A stretch of 64,000 nucleotides of DNA from Sphaerodactylus townsendi (Eukaryota), in the NCBI RefSeq assembly GCF_021028975.2, contig NC_059440.1:15624001-15688000 (forward strand). Direction: 5' to 3'. The notes under the pieces are model-generated. The model worked only from the letters and a program-made list of their open reading frames with translations. It did no database searches and was not told where the DNA came from. How positions within the stretch are numbered: the first letter of the stretch is position 1; each line of letters begins with the position of its first letter. Below, one piece after another: positions 1-11,734 of the stretch. The translations under genes and the position numbers were made by a program.

Positions 1-197
1 TGTTTCCACAGTCCTACATTCCTGCCGGGTGACCTTGGCCCAATCACAGTTCCCTCAGGACTCTCTCAGCCCCACCTACCTCACAAGGTGTCTGTTGTGG
101 GGAGAGGAAGGGAAAGGAGTTTGGAAGCCACCTTGAGTCTCCTTATAGGAGAGAAAGGTGGGGTATAAATTCAAACTCCTCCTCCTCCTCCTCCTTC
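1..197 (+). mobile_element. tRNA-derived SINE (Squam3-like), 3' part
   Basis: Body and tail shared with many other copies in the window; (CTC)n tail. Confidence 0.8.
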
Positions 198-528
198 TAG
201 CAGAGACAAAGTTCTACCTATGGTAAAAAGGAGGGATTCATTGGGTGGGGTGTATTATGGGATTTTATTTTAAATACCAACCAGCAGTGGTCCTATCACT
301 GAGAATTTGGGGTTTGCCATGTGCATAACTTTTGCTGCTTAGGAGCCATTGTGAAACGATCCCCCACAGACTGAAACTGATTTTAAATGAAAGTGATATT
401 TAAAAATTTTGATCACTGGAGGGAACGGGCGATGATATGTATCACTGGCATCATTTAGAGCAGTGGCTTCTCAAACTTTTTTGGGCTACTGCCCCCTTGG
501 CTCCCAGGCCCCATCCCTGGTGCCTCCT

Positions 529-530
<2 letters not shown>

Positions 531-601
<71 letters not shown>
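531..601. repeat. (CA)n microsatellite, about 35 units
   Basis: Seen directly; ends 70 bp upstream of an SH2B2 acceptor. Confidence 0.98.
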
Positions 602-603
<2 letters not shown>

Positions 604-670
604 ACACACGAACACACAACTCCATTCTAGGTACTATAAAGTGGAGTCTTAATAGTGGAATTCTTTCTAG

Positions 671-853
671 ACGTGCCCCGATTTCAGGAGACATGTGCCG
701 GGTCCGCAGCTCCAGATGCCCTGCCCAATGCTGCCACCGTTGTCACAGCACCACACAGTCGGATCAGAGACTCCTTGGGTGAACACCGAGCCCACGTGCC
801 ATTGGAGAATTTTCTGCAGTCCTTGGAGTCAGCTCCTGGCAGTCACGCAGCAG
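671..853 (+). CDS. SH2B2: SH2B adaptor protein 2 (APS), internal coding exon (upstream exons lie outside the window)
   Basis: ttctttctAG acceptor and G|GTATTG donor. Translates VVTAPHSR..HVPLENFLQSLES, matching the SH2B2 linker before the SH2 domain. Phase 1 joins the exon at 3337. Confidence 0.92.
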
Positions 854-1334
854 GTATTGCAACGCCCAGCTGCTTGGGGGATCTGGGGAAGCAGTGAGAG
901 AATTGAATTAGGAGGAGCTGAGGCTGATTGAGCGATTGAAACATTTATTAGCTGCCTTTCTACCTTACAGGAACCCAAGGCGGTTCACAATGGAAACACG
1001 ATCAAATGCATAAAAACCACAAATGAAAACTGATAAGTTTAAAAACTGCTAGGAGACAGAAAGAGCTAGAAGTTAAATCTTTCAAGCTGGTGTGTCTCTA
1101 CCCTGTCCTTTCCCAGTTGGTCACTTCTCAGTTGGTCACTTCGCTTTGTCTTTCAACAGCAAATTTTGATCAGGACATAATAATTGGCTTGTTCACAGGT
1201 TTTTCTTTTTAATTTTTAAAAAAAGTTATTTATAACAACACACACAGAAGTAAAAAATGGTAAGAAACCATAGAAAAACAACACACCTAACTAATATATA
1301 TAAACAAACTAGTCACAAAATGAATCTTAATATT

Positions 1335-1935
1335 GTTCAAAGTCATTGAGAACAAAATCAGAACCATAGGATTTGATTTGGACAATGTTGGGACTGATAG
1401 TGAACTGCATATTTTCAATCAGATCCGTGAAAGACTGAGGGATCTGGAACATCATCGTTTCTATCCAACAAAGGCGGCTGTATGCTCTCCCCGCTCCCTC
1501 GGAATACAACCAAGTTTCAGAGCAAGAGCTAAATATCTCTCATCTCTGTTATCCATTAACCAACGCCGTGCATTCATGCTAGCACGCCTCAATATTTTCC
1601 CATCAGCGGAAACCTCAGGGAGATACCTCCAGATCCCTAAACATCAGAGACTATGCCGTTGCGGATGTGGATCTATAGAAAACATAACTCATATTCTTCT
1701 GGAATGCTGTCTTCACAGTAACCTGGGCATGATTTTAATTCACCCTCTGCTGCTTCCAAGACTTGAGCACTCCAAGTTCCAGGCCACTCGCTTTCTGCTA
1801 AGTGACTGTAATCCATCGATCACCTTGGCAGTGGCTAAATTCTTGGAAAGCATTTTAAACACCCGTATTTAAATGTTTTAAAAGTTTTCTCTTTTAAATG
1901 GAAATAATTTATATGCCTTTAAAGGTTAAAAAAAA
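1335..1935 (+). mobile_element. 5'-truncated non-LTR retrotransposon (RT C-terminal CCHC zinc knuckle; possibly RTE-X-like)
   Basis: ORF 1333-1872 RRAFMLARLN..GRY..RLCRCGCGSIENITHILLEC; A-rich tail; 12 bp TSD AATCTTAATATT at 1323-1334 and 1936-1947. Confidence 0.85.
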
Positions 1936-2296
1936 AATCTTAATATTCCGTGAAGACATGATACAGGTTTGAGAGAGAACCTTTCTTATTACTTGTTTTG
2001 CCTAACATTTTGCTATGCAGATAACACCCACTGATACATGTCAAGTGAACAGTTACTTGTAACTTTACATATTGACCTGTTCAATTAATTCTCCTCCTCC
2101 TAATTGTAATTACCTTTTGTATAAATAATAATAAATTGTTATTAATAATAACACATTGTCATTAACTAATATTGTATTATGATTGAATTCAGTGATTCGG
2201 CAACATACATGAAATACAATTCCCACTTCTCGCAAAAAATATTTTGATTGTCATTTGCAAGGTTTGTTAATTTAGCCGTTGTAGCGTACTCTCTTA

Positions 2297-2447
2297 GGCC
2301 CCTTCCATACATGCTGAATAATACACTTTCAATCCACTTTCACAATGGTTTGCAAGTGGATTTTGCTATTCCGCACAGTAAAATCCATCTGCAAAATGCA
2401 TTGAACGTGGATTGGAAGTGCATTATTCTGCAGGTGCGGAAGGGGCC
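2297..2447. mobile_element. PIF/Harbinger-type MITE
   Basis: TIR GGCCCCTTCC..GGAAGGGGCC; TSD TTA. Confidence 0.85.
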
Positions 2448-2877
2448 TTACTTTTTCCTCCCAGAGTGGTCCCTGAGAAAGCAGAACTTGAGTCTCTGCC
2501 CTCAACATCCGAATTTCTGGCCATCAGTATGGCCCTCTATTACTTCCCAGAAACCTCTGCGGTGGATCCAACCATCATCCAGGAAGTCTTCCTCCAATAC
2601 AGGGAGCTTTCCTCCAACTTAAATTTCCTCCAACTCTTGTTGGAGGAAATTTCAGACGAGTGATGGAATTTAGAGGCAGGATTCATCCTTCCCCAATCTC
2701 AGGATTGTATTCTGAATAAACATTTTCAAAGTGATGTTTGCAGTCATCAGCATTAATCATAGAAATCCTATGCTATCTGTGTAATCACAAGCTGATCTGT
2801 GCGTTTGCGTTTGAGAGATCACATTCACAAGTCTTGTTGCTTAGATGCACAACATGCATACGGACACATTTGCCAGA

Positions 2878-3018
2878 GGCTCCTTCCGCACATGCAGAAT
2901 AATGCACTTTCAAACTGCTTTCAGTGCTCTTTGAAGCTGTGCAGAATAGCAAAATCCACTTGCAAACAGTTGTGAAAGTGGTTTGAAAACGCATTATTTT
3001 GTGTGTGCGGAAGGGGCC
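2878..3018. mobile_element. PIF/Harbinger-type MITE (141 bp)
   Basis: Same family; TSD AGA. Confidence 0.85.
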
Positions 3019-3336
3019 AGAGCTACAGTTGGTTGCAGTCCCTTCCTGAGTGTACACCCAGTTGCAAGCCTGCGTTTGTCACCTTGTAATTTGTAAAATG
3101 ACTCACAGGAACAGGGGTTGTGCTTCAGCAGCAAAGCACTTATTTTTGCATGAAGGTCCCAGGGTTAACCTCGGCCACCTCAGGATAACCAGTGCTGACC
3201 CAAAAGAACAAATGTTCCAGCTCTGTGTTGGGCAACTTCCTCTGTTCTGATGCATGTAACAGCCACTGTCCTTCTGATTTTTCTACATGTGCAGAATTTT
3301 AGAATGTCTGCATCTTGACTTTTTCTTTCCCGACAG

Positions 3337-3530
3337 GGGAGGAAAGTGAGACGGAAGCAGAGATCAACCTGTCGGACTTTCCTTGGTTCCATGGAACTCT
3401 ATCACGTGTCAAAGCTGCCCAATTGGTGCTGTTCGGCGGGGCCAGAAGTCACGGGCTGTTTGTCATTCGGCAGAGCGAAACGCGACCAGGCGAATATGTG
3501 CTGACGTTTAACTTCCAGGGGAAAGCAAAG
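3337..3530 (+). CDS. SH2B2: SH2B2 exon, N-terminal half of the SH2 domain
   Basis: [47 protein letters not shown]. Acceptor cccgacAG; donor is non-canonical AAG|GCAAGC. Confidence 0.96.
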
Positions 3531-6084
3531 GCAAGCATTCCTCAGCGATAAGACTAGCATGGTGTAGCAGTTCATGCTTTTAAACCACAAGCTGGGAGAT
3601 CTGGGCTCGAACCTTCGGTTTGTGAGGAAGCTCTATGGTTAATCATGATCCAGTCACACACTCCCAAGCTAACCTACCTCACAGGGCAGTTTTTGTGAGG
3701 ATAACATGGGGGGAAAGAAAGAAGTCATCGTGTTCACTTATAGTTTCTTGGAGGAAGAGCAAAATGAAAATATAATAGATTAATTTCTTTTAGCAGCAGT
3801 CACAGGAATGGAATGAGTGAGGTTTCTTTCAAGGTTCTGACGTACACCAAACTATGGTTTATCAGCACAGTGGTTTGTCAGCATGTCAACAAGACAGGTC
3901 AGTCCTTGAGCTTGTGTGTGGCCAGTTAATTATTTCTGCTTTCATAGCAAACCATAGTTTGCTGAACCGGCAGCCTAGGCTGCATTTTCCCCTCCAGACT
4001 GAAAGCCGATGGAGGATTCAGTTTGTTGTTGGCATCCTGGTTTGCAAGGGGGAGGGGGAGAACCTTGCTTTGTTGTCCAGCTACAGTTTGCTGCAAACAT
4101 AAAAGAAATAACTGTTCGTGAGGAGGAGGACTTCAGTGAGCGATCCTCACCTGTTCAAATAGCAGCAAACCATGGTTTTTCTGCTTTCTCTGAGTTGTGC
4201 CTTATTCCGCCGCAAGAATTGAAGCTAGTAATCTCAGATAGCTGCGTTCTGGGGGCTTTCTGATACACTGATCAAGTATCTCTTAACTATTGTCACCTGC
4301 CTTGGATCCTGAAATTCTGAGGAGAAAGGTGGGCATAGAAACACTGTGAATAAATAAACGCTGTGTTAACTATTGCCTCTCCTCTGCATGCCTTAGGTTC
4401 TGTGTTTAGTCTGCGTTGCCTGTGGTAGCTTTGGGGTGCCTGGTGGATCATTTGAGATGGAGGAGGACTGAAGCTGTTGGTCAGCAGGACCCGCGGAAAC
4501 CTGGCAGTGGGCCTTGAGTGGGGGCACCATTGCAAACAATTGAAAGCTTAGAAGCCACCCTCTAAAACCACGATCACCACTTAGACTTGATAATTGCCTG
4601 TTGCCTGGCGCAGAAACCCTCTCGCTTGCCAGCCAGAGGAAAACAGCCAAAATTCACTGGCTGTCCTCCTCCATCCACAGTGCCAGCAGAAGGGAAACAT
4701 GGGAAATGCGGTAACCAGTCTTGGCCGTGTAGCAGTGCTTGATTCTCTGCCACACCTTTCGGGTAGTTAGAAGGGTGAGCTCTGAGGAACACAGACAATG
4801 CTGGCATCTGTATGCCAGGAACATGACATTGACAAAGGCTTTATTTATTTCATCCTTTCCCATTGGAGCCATCTGAAATTCTGTCTTTTAGACAGTATTG
4901 CTACTGTTTTTCATATAAAACAGCAGCTTTGAAGAGTTATGCTGAATAGGTGCCATTTCTCATTTCGAGCCAAGGAAGGGAAAACAGCTCTGGGGAGAGA
5001 ACCCAACGCCTTCATTTTTGGCTAAATTTATTTATACATAACTTGTGATAACTCTGAGGAGGAAACATATATTTCAAAAACGTTGTGCAAAGTACCGAAT
5101 GTTTAGAAGAGACTCTATATTCCATTTGAGAACTACACGGAGGGATCGCCCAGATGCTCTGAAGTCAAGGACACGGGCTCCCTCCATTCTCATACCACGT
5201 AGACATGTGATTGTTGGATTTGCTCACCTGGAACAATTACAGTTGATGTTTGAATGCATTTATATAATTATGAATGAACATGAAAAGACTATTCATGCAG
5301 CTGGTTTATGAATGAACTGAGAACGAAGGCAATTGATGCTATTACTTTATGAATGAAATTTTTGGATTTATGAATGAATTATATATAACTTTTGGATTTT
5401 TGGACTTCTGAATGAACTGCATATAAGTGTAAAATTCTTGATTTACCAGTGACGTCGGATTGCTTTAAAAACAACAACACATAATAGCGTTAGGCAAACC
5501 AGTATTCACTCTGACACTTAATCAAGCTTGTGGTAGCTTCCCCAATGACATATTCAGGGCTTCTGGAATTGGCTGAATAGCTTTATCATGCAGAGTTTCC
5601 TTTTTTTTCCCCCATCCGCCTAAGAATAACAGGTAACTTTGCAAAAAAAAATCAATACAGGCATCAGGCTAGAAAGTATTCAATTCCCAGGGCAACATTC
5701 CAAGTGGATACTTAGGCTGGGAACCAATTATTCAGTGACAGGGATTTGAGATTGTGAATTTAGGGTTGTTGGGAAATAAATGTGAATTAACAACAGCTGC
5801 CCTAATGAAGGTGTTAAAAAGGATATAGGAGGCAGTATATCGTTACTGCAGCTACACCTGAAGTTATTGATCTACAAGGAAACGGCCTATCGATTTGATC
5901 CCTAGAGTAGGATGGGGGGAAGAGGACGTGACGTGAATCTTCCTCTTCTCTCTGCTTCCCATTACCTGGTCTTTGCTTCTTCATCTGTGAGGTGCCTGAT
6001 GTACATCAAATGCGCATATATTCTTTCTGCCATAAGAAATCTGTTAATCCGACCCCCCCCCCCCCCCCGTTTCTTCCTTTGCAG

Positions 6085-6256
6085 CATCTGCGACTGTCCT
6101 TGAACGAGAACGGCCAGTGCCACGTCCAACACCTCTGGTTCCAGACCATCTTCGACATGCTGAGGCATTTCCACATGCACCCCATCCCCCTGGAGTCAGG
6201 AGGCTCTGCTGACATCACGCTCCACAGCTATGTGGTAGCCTCGACTTCCTTGCCTG
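6085..6256 (+). CDS. SH2B2: SH2B2 exon, C-terminal half of the SH2 domain
   Basis: [46 protein letters not shown]. Strong polypyrimidine tract plus tgcAG; donor G|GTAGGT. Confidence 0.96.
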
Positions 6257-6329
6257 GTAGGTTATACGTTCATAGAATCATAGAGTTGGAAGAGACCCCA
6301 AGGGCCATCAAGTCCAACCCCCTGCAGTG

Positions 6330-6785
6330 GGGGACCCATTGGTGATCCCTGGTCCTAAACCAATCAGGCTGGCCTCTACAAAGGCCAGGGCTTTTAGGGA
6401 CTGGGGACAGCAGGTGACAACCGGGAAATGGGGGGGATGTCCAAGGGAGATTAGGGGGCTTCCGAGGGAGATCAGGGCCCTGCGGGACCTGTAGAGTTTC
6501 CGCAGGGCCTGTAAGACGGACCTGTTCCGCCAGGCATTTGGCCAGCCTGGCTAAGTACATCGCTGCTGTTCCATCTGGCCTCCCGTGGGCATAAGGGGGG
6601 GAGGGGGAGGGAAATGACGCCATCTGATGCTATATGGTTCCTGGTTTTGTTAATGTTATTTAGTTGGTTTATGTTGGGTTTTTAAACTGTTTTATATCAT
6701 TGTTGTTCACCGCTCAGAGCCCTTCGGGGATTGGGCGGTATAGAAAAACTAATAAATAAATAAATAAATAAAATAATAAAATAAT
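6330..6785 (+). mobile_element. L2-type LINE 3' end
   Basis: tgttcaccgctcagagcccttcggggattgggcggtatagaaa followed by a (AATA)n tail. Confidence 0.55.
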
Positions 6786-6824
6786 GCAGGAACACATTGT
6801 TCCTCCTTTCTGCTTTGCCTACAG

Positions 6825-6963
6825 CAGGGGTCTGCAACCTGCGGCTCTCCAGATGTTCATGGACTACAAATCCCATCAGCCCCTGCCAGCAAGGCCAATT
6901 GGTGGTACATTCATGGAATTGTAGTCCATGAACATCTGGAGAGCCGCAGGTTGCAGACCCCTG
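6825..6963. mobile_element. Palindromic hAT MITE
   Basis: TIR CAGGGGTCTGCAACCTGCGGCTCTCCAGATGTTCA; decayed 8 bp TSD (5/8). Confidence 0.8.
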
Positions 6964-7544
6964 GTTTACGGGCACAAAGCGAGAGCTGTTAGGAAGATTT
7001 TTCGAGTTGTGAGTATAATTCCACTCACTTGTTTTGGCACAAGATGACTGTTACTTCAACCTTTTCTGGGAAGTCATTCCAGAGCAGAAAGTTGCAGGTG
7101 ATAAAACTAGGGTCTGATCCAGTGGTAGAACCCACCCAGATAAGACACAGAACAGCCGAAAGGCCCTGTGAGACCTAGCACAGTTGCTGGATGGGTATGC
7201 ACTACGAAAGGGTTAATGTTAGCAATACAGTGGTTTGCGCAAGTATCTAGAGAGGTGATATATGCATGTTCTAAATAAAATAAGCCGGATGATCCAGAGG
7301 AGGCACACATTTATTTATTATTATTATTTAAAAATTCTACCTTGTCCATCCCCAAAGGGCTCGGAGCGGCAATTCAGCAGTACAAAACAATACACAATTA
7401 AAACAGTAATAAATAATCTAAAATACTATAAAATTCAACATTTACAAATATGATGGTGACTTAAAACCCTAATATCCCACGGGAGGCCAGTGATAGTAAA
7501 TGTCAACCCGACTGGCCCCTAGGAAATGCCATAAAATGCCCTTT

Positions 7545-7790
7545 AAAAAGGGCTTGGACAGATTTATGGAGGAGAAGTTGATCTATGGCTACCAATCTTG
7601 ATCCTCCTTGATTGGAGATTGCAAGTGCCTTAGCAGACCAGGTGCTCAGGAGCAGCAGCAGCAGAAGGCCATTGCTTTCACATCCTGCCTGTGAGCTCCC
7701 AAAGGCACCTGGTGGGCCACTGCGAGTAGCAGAGTGCTGGACTAGATGGACTCTGGTCTGATCCAGCAGGCTCATTCTTATGTTCTTATA
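7545..7790 (+). mobile_element. CR1 LINE 3' fragment
   Basis: ctggactagatggactctggtctgatccagc..ttcttatgttctt tail. Confidence 0.75.
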
Positions 7791-8172
7791 ATGTTTCACT
7801 GACCACAAGGAATAATTAACAGCCAAGCGTTTATTCTTGAGGTGAATATTGGCATTCCCTCCATGTCAGGGTTCACACAGTATTAAAGTAACCTCTTAGA
7901 AACCACAGATACTTAGCTCTGAGACAGCTGTACTCTTTTCCTAAAGCATTCATTCTGCTAAGCTTTATCACTACAGGCTGACTTTGAAACATCCAAAGTC
8001 TTCTGAGAAAGAGCTCATACAGGGGTGCGTATAGAGGGGTAGGTTGAAAAATCCTTTCTCCAAATGAAAGTAGGATCTTGTGCTGCCTTCAAGCCTAGCA
8101 CATTAGTTAAAGCCATAATTGACATAACAGTTGTAATTGACATAATCGATGTAATTGACATAAGTTGTAATA

Positions 8173-8587
8173 CCGTATATACTCATGTATGAGCCGACCT
8201 GTGTATAAGCCGAGGCACCTAATTTTACTGCCCAAACCTGGGAAAACTTATTGACTCAGGTATAAGCCGAGGGTGGGAAGCCGGGAGGCAGAGGGAGCTC
8301 CTTATTTGGGCAGTGACTCCCCCTGATGTCACTGCCCAAATAAGGAGTTCCCTCTGCCTGCCGGCTGGGTTTGACAAGCCCAGCCAGCCAGGGTGACTCG
8401 GGGTTCCTCCTTCACCCTCCATGAGGGCAGCAACAAGTGGCTTCCCGGGGGGTAGGGAGGTTGTCCCGGCCCCGCCCCCAGCCTCCTTGTGATTAATAGA
8501 AAATGGTGACTGGCGTATAAACCGAGGGGGCTTTTCTCAGCCTTTAAACGGGGCTGAAAAACTCAGCTTATACGCGAGTATATACGG
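8173..8587. mobile_element. Tc1/mariner (Tc2/pogo-type) MITE
   Basis: TA TSD; TIR CCGTATATACTC; repeated TATAAGCCGAG subterminal motifs; internal hairpin at 8291-8354. Confidence 0.85.
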
Positions 8588-8864
8588 TACTTTACTATAA
8601 TTGCAGAGCGAGCAGGTCGCTTTCCCTGCAGAGTTTATAATCTTCATTAAGGTTGGGTTTTTTTAAAAAAAAATCCCCATTTCTGTGCTGCTTCTTAAGG
8701 ATGCTGGTCTTCAAAGGCGATTTACCAAAAAAATAAATAGTGCCATTGAAACCAAAGAAAACAATAGTTGAAAAACAGCTGATATTCAAGGCTGATACTC
8801 TTTGCAACTCTGCCCTTCTGCCCGTTCCAAGAGCGTTTCTTTCTTTTCTGTCCCTCCCTTCCAG

Positions 8865-9181
8865 AGACCAGCCCTTCTCCAGTTGTTGCTTCCCAGCAGC
8901 CCAGTTGCCGAAACGACCTCCAGTCTCAACACTACTTTTCCAGCTTCGTCCCAGGCACTTTCCAGCCAGCCTCCCCTTCCGAGGGCACGACTTCGTCCTC
9001 TTCCTCCTCCGCCAGCCATTCGCTCTACCATCGAGTGGAAGGGACCCTCAGCGTCCGCAGCCGCAGTAACAGCACGGAGCGCCTGTTCGATTCCTCCGCT
9101 GTCGCCGCGGAGGACTACCACGAAAGCGAGGGCTCGCGCAACAGAACCAGAGCAGTGGAGAACCAATATTCATTTTACTGA
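8865..9181 (+). CDS. SH2B2: SH2B2 last coding exon
   Basis: cccttccAG acceptor, phase 1. Reads ..RSRSNSTERL..RTRAVENQYSFY*, the APS C-terminal Cbl-binding tyrosine motif, with TGA at 9179-9181. This frame is not in the ORF track. Confidence 0.93.
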
Positions 9182-9510
9182 TGGCGCCGACGGAGTCGTT
9201 TCCGGGGTCCTGCTTTTTCTTTCTTTTTGGGACGGTTGCTTGCGAGCGAGGAGAGCCGACTTTTTGCTTCCTTGAGACTCTTCGCTTCCTGGTGGCTCTC
9301 TGCATATCTCAGCAGATCTTCAGCCTCTGAACGTGCGCGCTGTCGTCTCTAAAGGCCGCCTGGTGCTCTTGTCATTTCCTTCAAGTGCTTTCAAGATGGC
9401 CTTTGTTAACCCCAGACTCGGAGTGAAGAAAACGATCGAAGTGATACAACAGCCCAATTTGAGTGTTGTGGGTTTTCCGGGTTGGATGGCCGTGTTCCGG
9501 TAGCATTTTC

Positions 9511-9553
9511 TCCCGACGTTTCGCCTGCATCTGTGGCTGGCATCTTCAGAGGA
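9511..9553 (-). ncRNA. Minimal hammerhead ribozyme motif, antisense copy
   Basis: The - strand reads TCCT-CTGAAGA-TGCCAGCCACAGATGCAGGC-GAAA-C-GTC-GGGA. Confidence 0.65.
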
Positions 9554-9642
9554 TCTGATGGTAGGAAAGCAACCATTGGTCCTTTCTCCCACCTTGGACA
9601 TTCCACAGGTATATATACTCCACTTACTTTACCACCATCAGA

Positions 9643-9685
9643 TCCTCTGAAGATGCCAGCCACAGATGCAGGTGAAACGTCAGGA
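9643..9685 (+). ncRNA. Minimal type-I hammerhead ribozyme motif (PLE-associated)
   Basis: TCCT-CTGAAGA-T-GCCAGC cacagat GCAGGT-GAAA-C-GTC-AGGA: core CUGANGA/GAAA, helix I TCCT/AGGA, GUC cleavage triplet. Confidence 0.65.
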
Positions 9686-11603
9686 GAAAATGCTACCGGA
9701 ACACGGCCACACAGCCCGGAAAAACCACAACACCCTAGTGTTTCTGGCCATGAAAGCCTTCAACAACACACTGAACAGCCCATTTCTTGGTTTCCAAGTG
9801 AAATCCACTGTCTCAGGGGCAGAATCATGATGCAAATAGAGGGAGATGCTCTATATTTATGTATCTTGCCTCGCATTGGTTTTCACCCAGTTGGCTACAT
9901 TCAACTAAAAGCAGAATGTGCCAGTTAATATTTAACTGCGTTGGGGCTGGCTCCCCTTTTAAGTAATTATTACCACGAATGGCCCTTTTGGCTTCTAGAG
10001 AGCCAAAATGGGTTGCAGGATTGTAACTTGTCTGCCTGTTATGGGTTCCGTGATCCTCTTTTTAAAGATGTAGGGCTCTGGGTACCCTCAACACACACGC
10101 GCGCACACCCCAGGTATTCTTTCTCAGCCCTTTCCAAACTCTGCCCTCATAATGCAAAGCTTTGCAAGCACAAGAATGCAATTAAAGGAAATACAAAGCT
10201 GCTATCAGAGACGTGGTCTACCTAGCTCAGCTCTGCCTACCTTGATAAACGATGCTCGTCTCCACTGAACCAGCCCTGGTGGTTGTTAATGCAACAACAG
10301 TCCCAGCTCTCTAAATGTTATCAGTTTATGTCTAGACAACAGATCAATGATGGGACGCTGATGCAAAAAAAGATGTATGCGGGTGGAAGTCAGTTTATAG
10401 GCTCCAACTTGCTGCTAGCAGTTACTGCGTTACATTTTGTTTTGCACTGACGAGTCTTTTCTGCAGCAGCGTTGAGCAGACAGCTCTTCAGTTGTGGAAA
10501 GGGGCTTTTCGTTAGCTAACGGTCGATGGTCGGAGAGCTCTCGTGCCTAAATCTCAGCAGTCTTTAGCAGTTGGGGTTCTTACTTGCCCATCATTTTCCC
10601 GGAAGCGAAAGGCAATTTAAGTTAGGAAGTGTTTAATGTTGCCTTTTGTTTCCGCCCTGGCAGCTTTGCGTGTAGAAAGGTAGCCATATTCTTGACGGAG
10701 TACCACATTCTGAACTGAGATCGGGCACAAAGCCCCATGTCTTTGCAGACCACAATTCCTAAAAGACATAATTGAATCGAGCCACAAGATCCCACTGGCC
10801 GTGGAAGTAGAATATCTGTCAGGGTTCTGATCTGATGTATGGTGGTAGTTAATCTAAGGGAGGTGAAAGTTGCCCTCGGGAGACATGGGCAGAGTTCACA
10901 GCGAACTCTAATTTATAAACGGTGGTATGGCCAATCCTCTGGTTAGCTGTGAACCACATTCGGACAGCGCCAGCAGTCCAGGATTTTTGGGAGCTGGTAC
11001 CAAATCAGGATTCCAAACTACGGTTTACAGTTATTTGCTAACCGCAACATGTAGTTAATGGTTGTTCGTTGACATGTCTGAATTTGTAAACCAGTTTGTT
11101 GAGTAGGGCAACAGAGACAGCAGTGATGGGAGGAGGTCTCCCACGCTGGGGATGGAATCGAAGCCAGAAGCTGACAAAACCACCACTCAGAAATGACCAC
11201 CACTCAATAAGCTAAAGTAAAGGTTCCTTTGAGTCACTGTTAGTTTTAACTTGGAACAAGGAAGGTGCGAGACAAAACGAGAGGATGAGTTTAACCCTTG
11301 AAATATTATTAATTGTTTTAAACTTCAATTAACAATTCCCCACTTAAATGTTCCAGTTATTATGTCAGCAAGCAGCAAAGAGCAAGAGGTCACATCAAAA
11401 TGGGTTTCTAGTGGAAGGAGAAACGGCACGAAGATTCCGAAGAAAGCGGCCAACGTTATTCGTCGTTTCCAGGTTACAGTGGTTTAGTTTCCCTCCGTGT
11501 TGATCGCTCTTATCCAGTTTCAAAAGCCGCTGCTTCAGTCCATGCCTGATTGGCCAAAGCCAGAAATAGAAAGTTTAGGATTTAAGGTGCAATATCACTC
11601 CAA

Positions 11604-11734
11604 GGCCTCTTCCGCACATGCACTTTAAATCCACTTTCAGTGCATTTTGCAGCTGGATTTTATAGCAAAATCCACTTTCAAACAATTGTGAAAGTGGATT
11701 GAAAGTGCATTATTCTGCATGTGCGGAAGGGGCC
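11604..11734. mobile_element. PIF/Harbinger-type MITE
   Basis: Same TIRs; TSD CAA/CAG. Confidence 0.8.

Larger units (their letters stand above)
9463..9770 (+). mobile_element. Penelope-like element terminal fragment with inverted copy (hammerhead-bearing)
   Basis: About 100 bp inverted arms at 9463-9562 and 9633-9733; ends ..ggccatgaaagccttcaacaacac; flanking direct repeat aacagccca(a)ttt. Confidence 0.8.

Noticed and set aside
5045-5430. Hammerhead-like CTGAGGA..tttc-aaaaacgtt with ATGAATGAA repeats
   Set aside because: The required GAAA is missing; at most a decayed PLE-like relic.
8740-9305. ORFs 8740-9069, 8802-9275, 8786-9166 and 9048-9305
   Set aside because: Shadow frames of the SH2B2 last exon, whose real frame ends RAVENQYSFY*.
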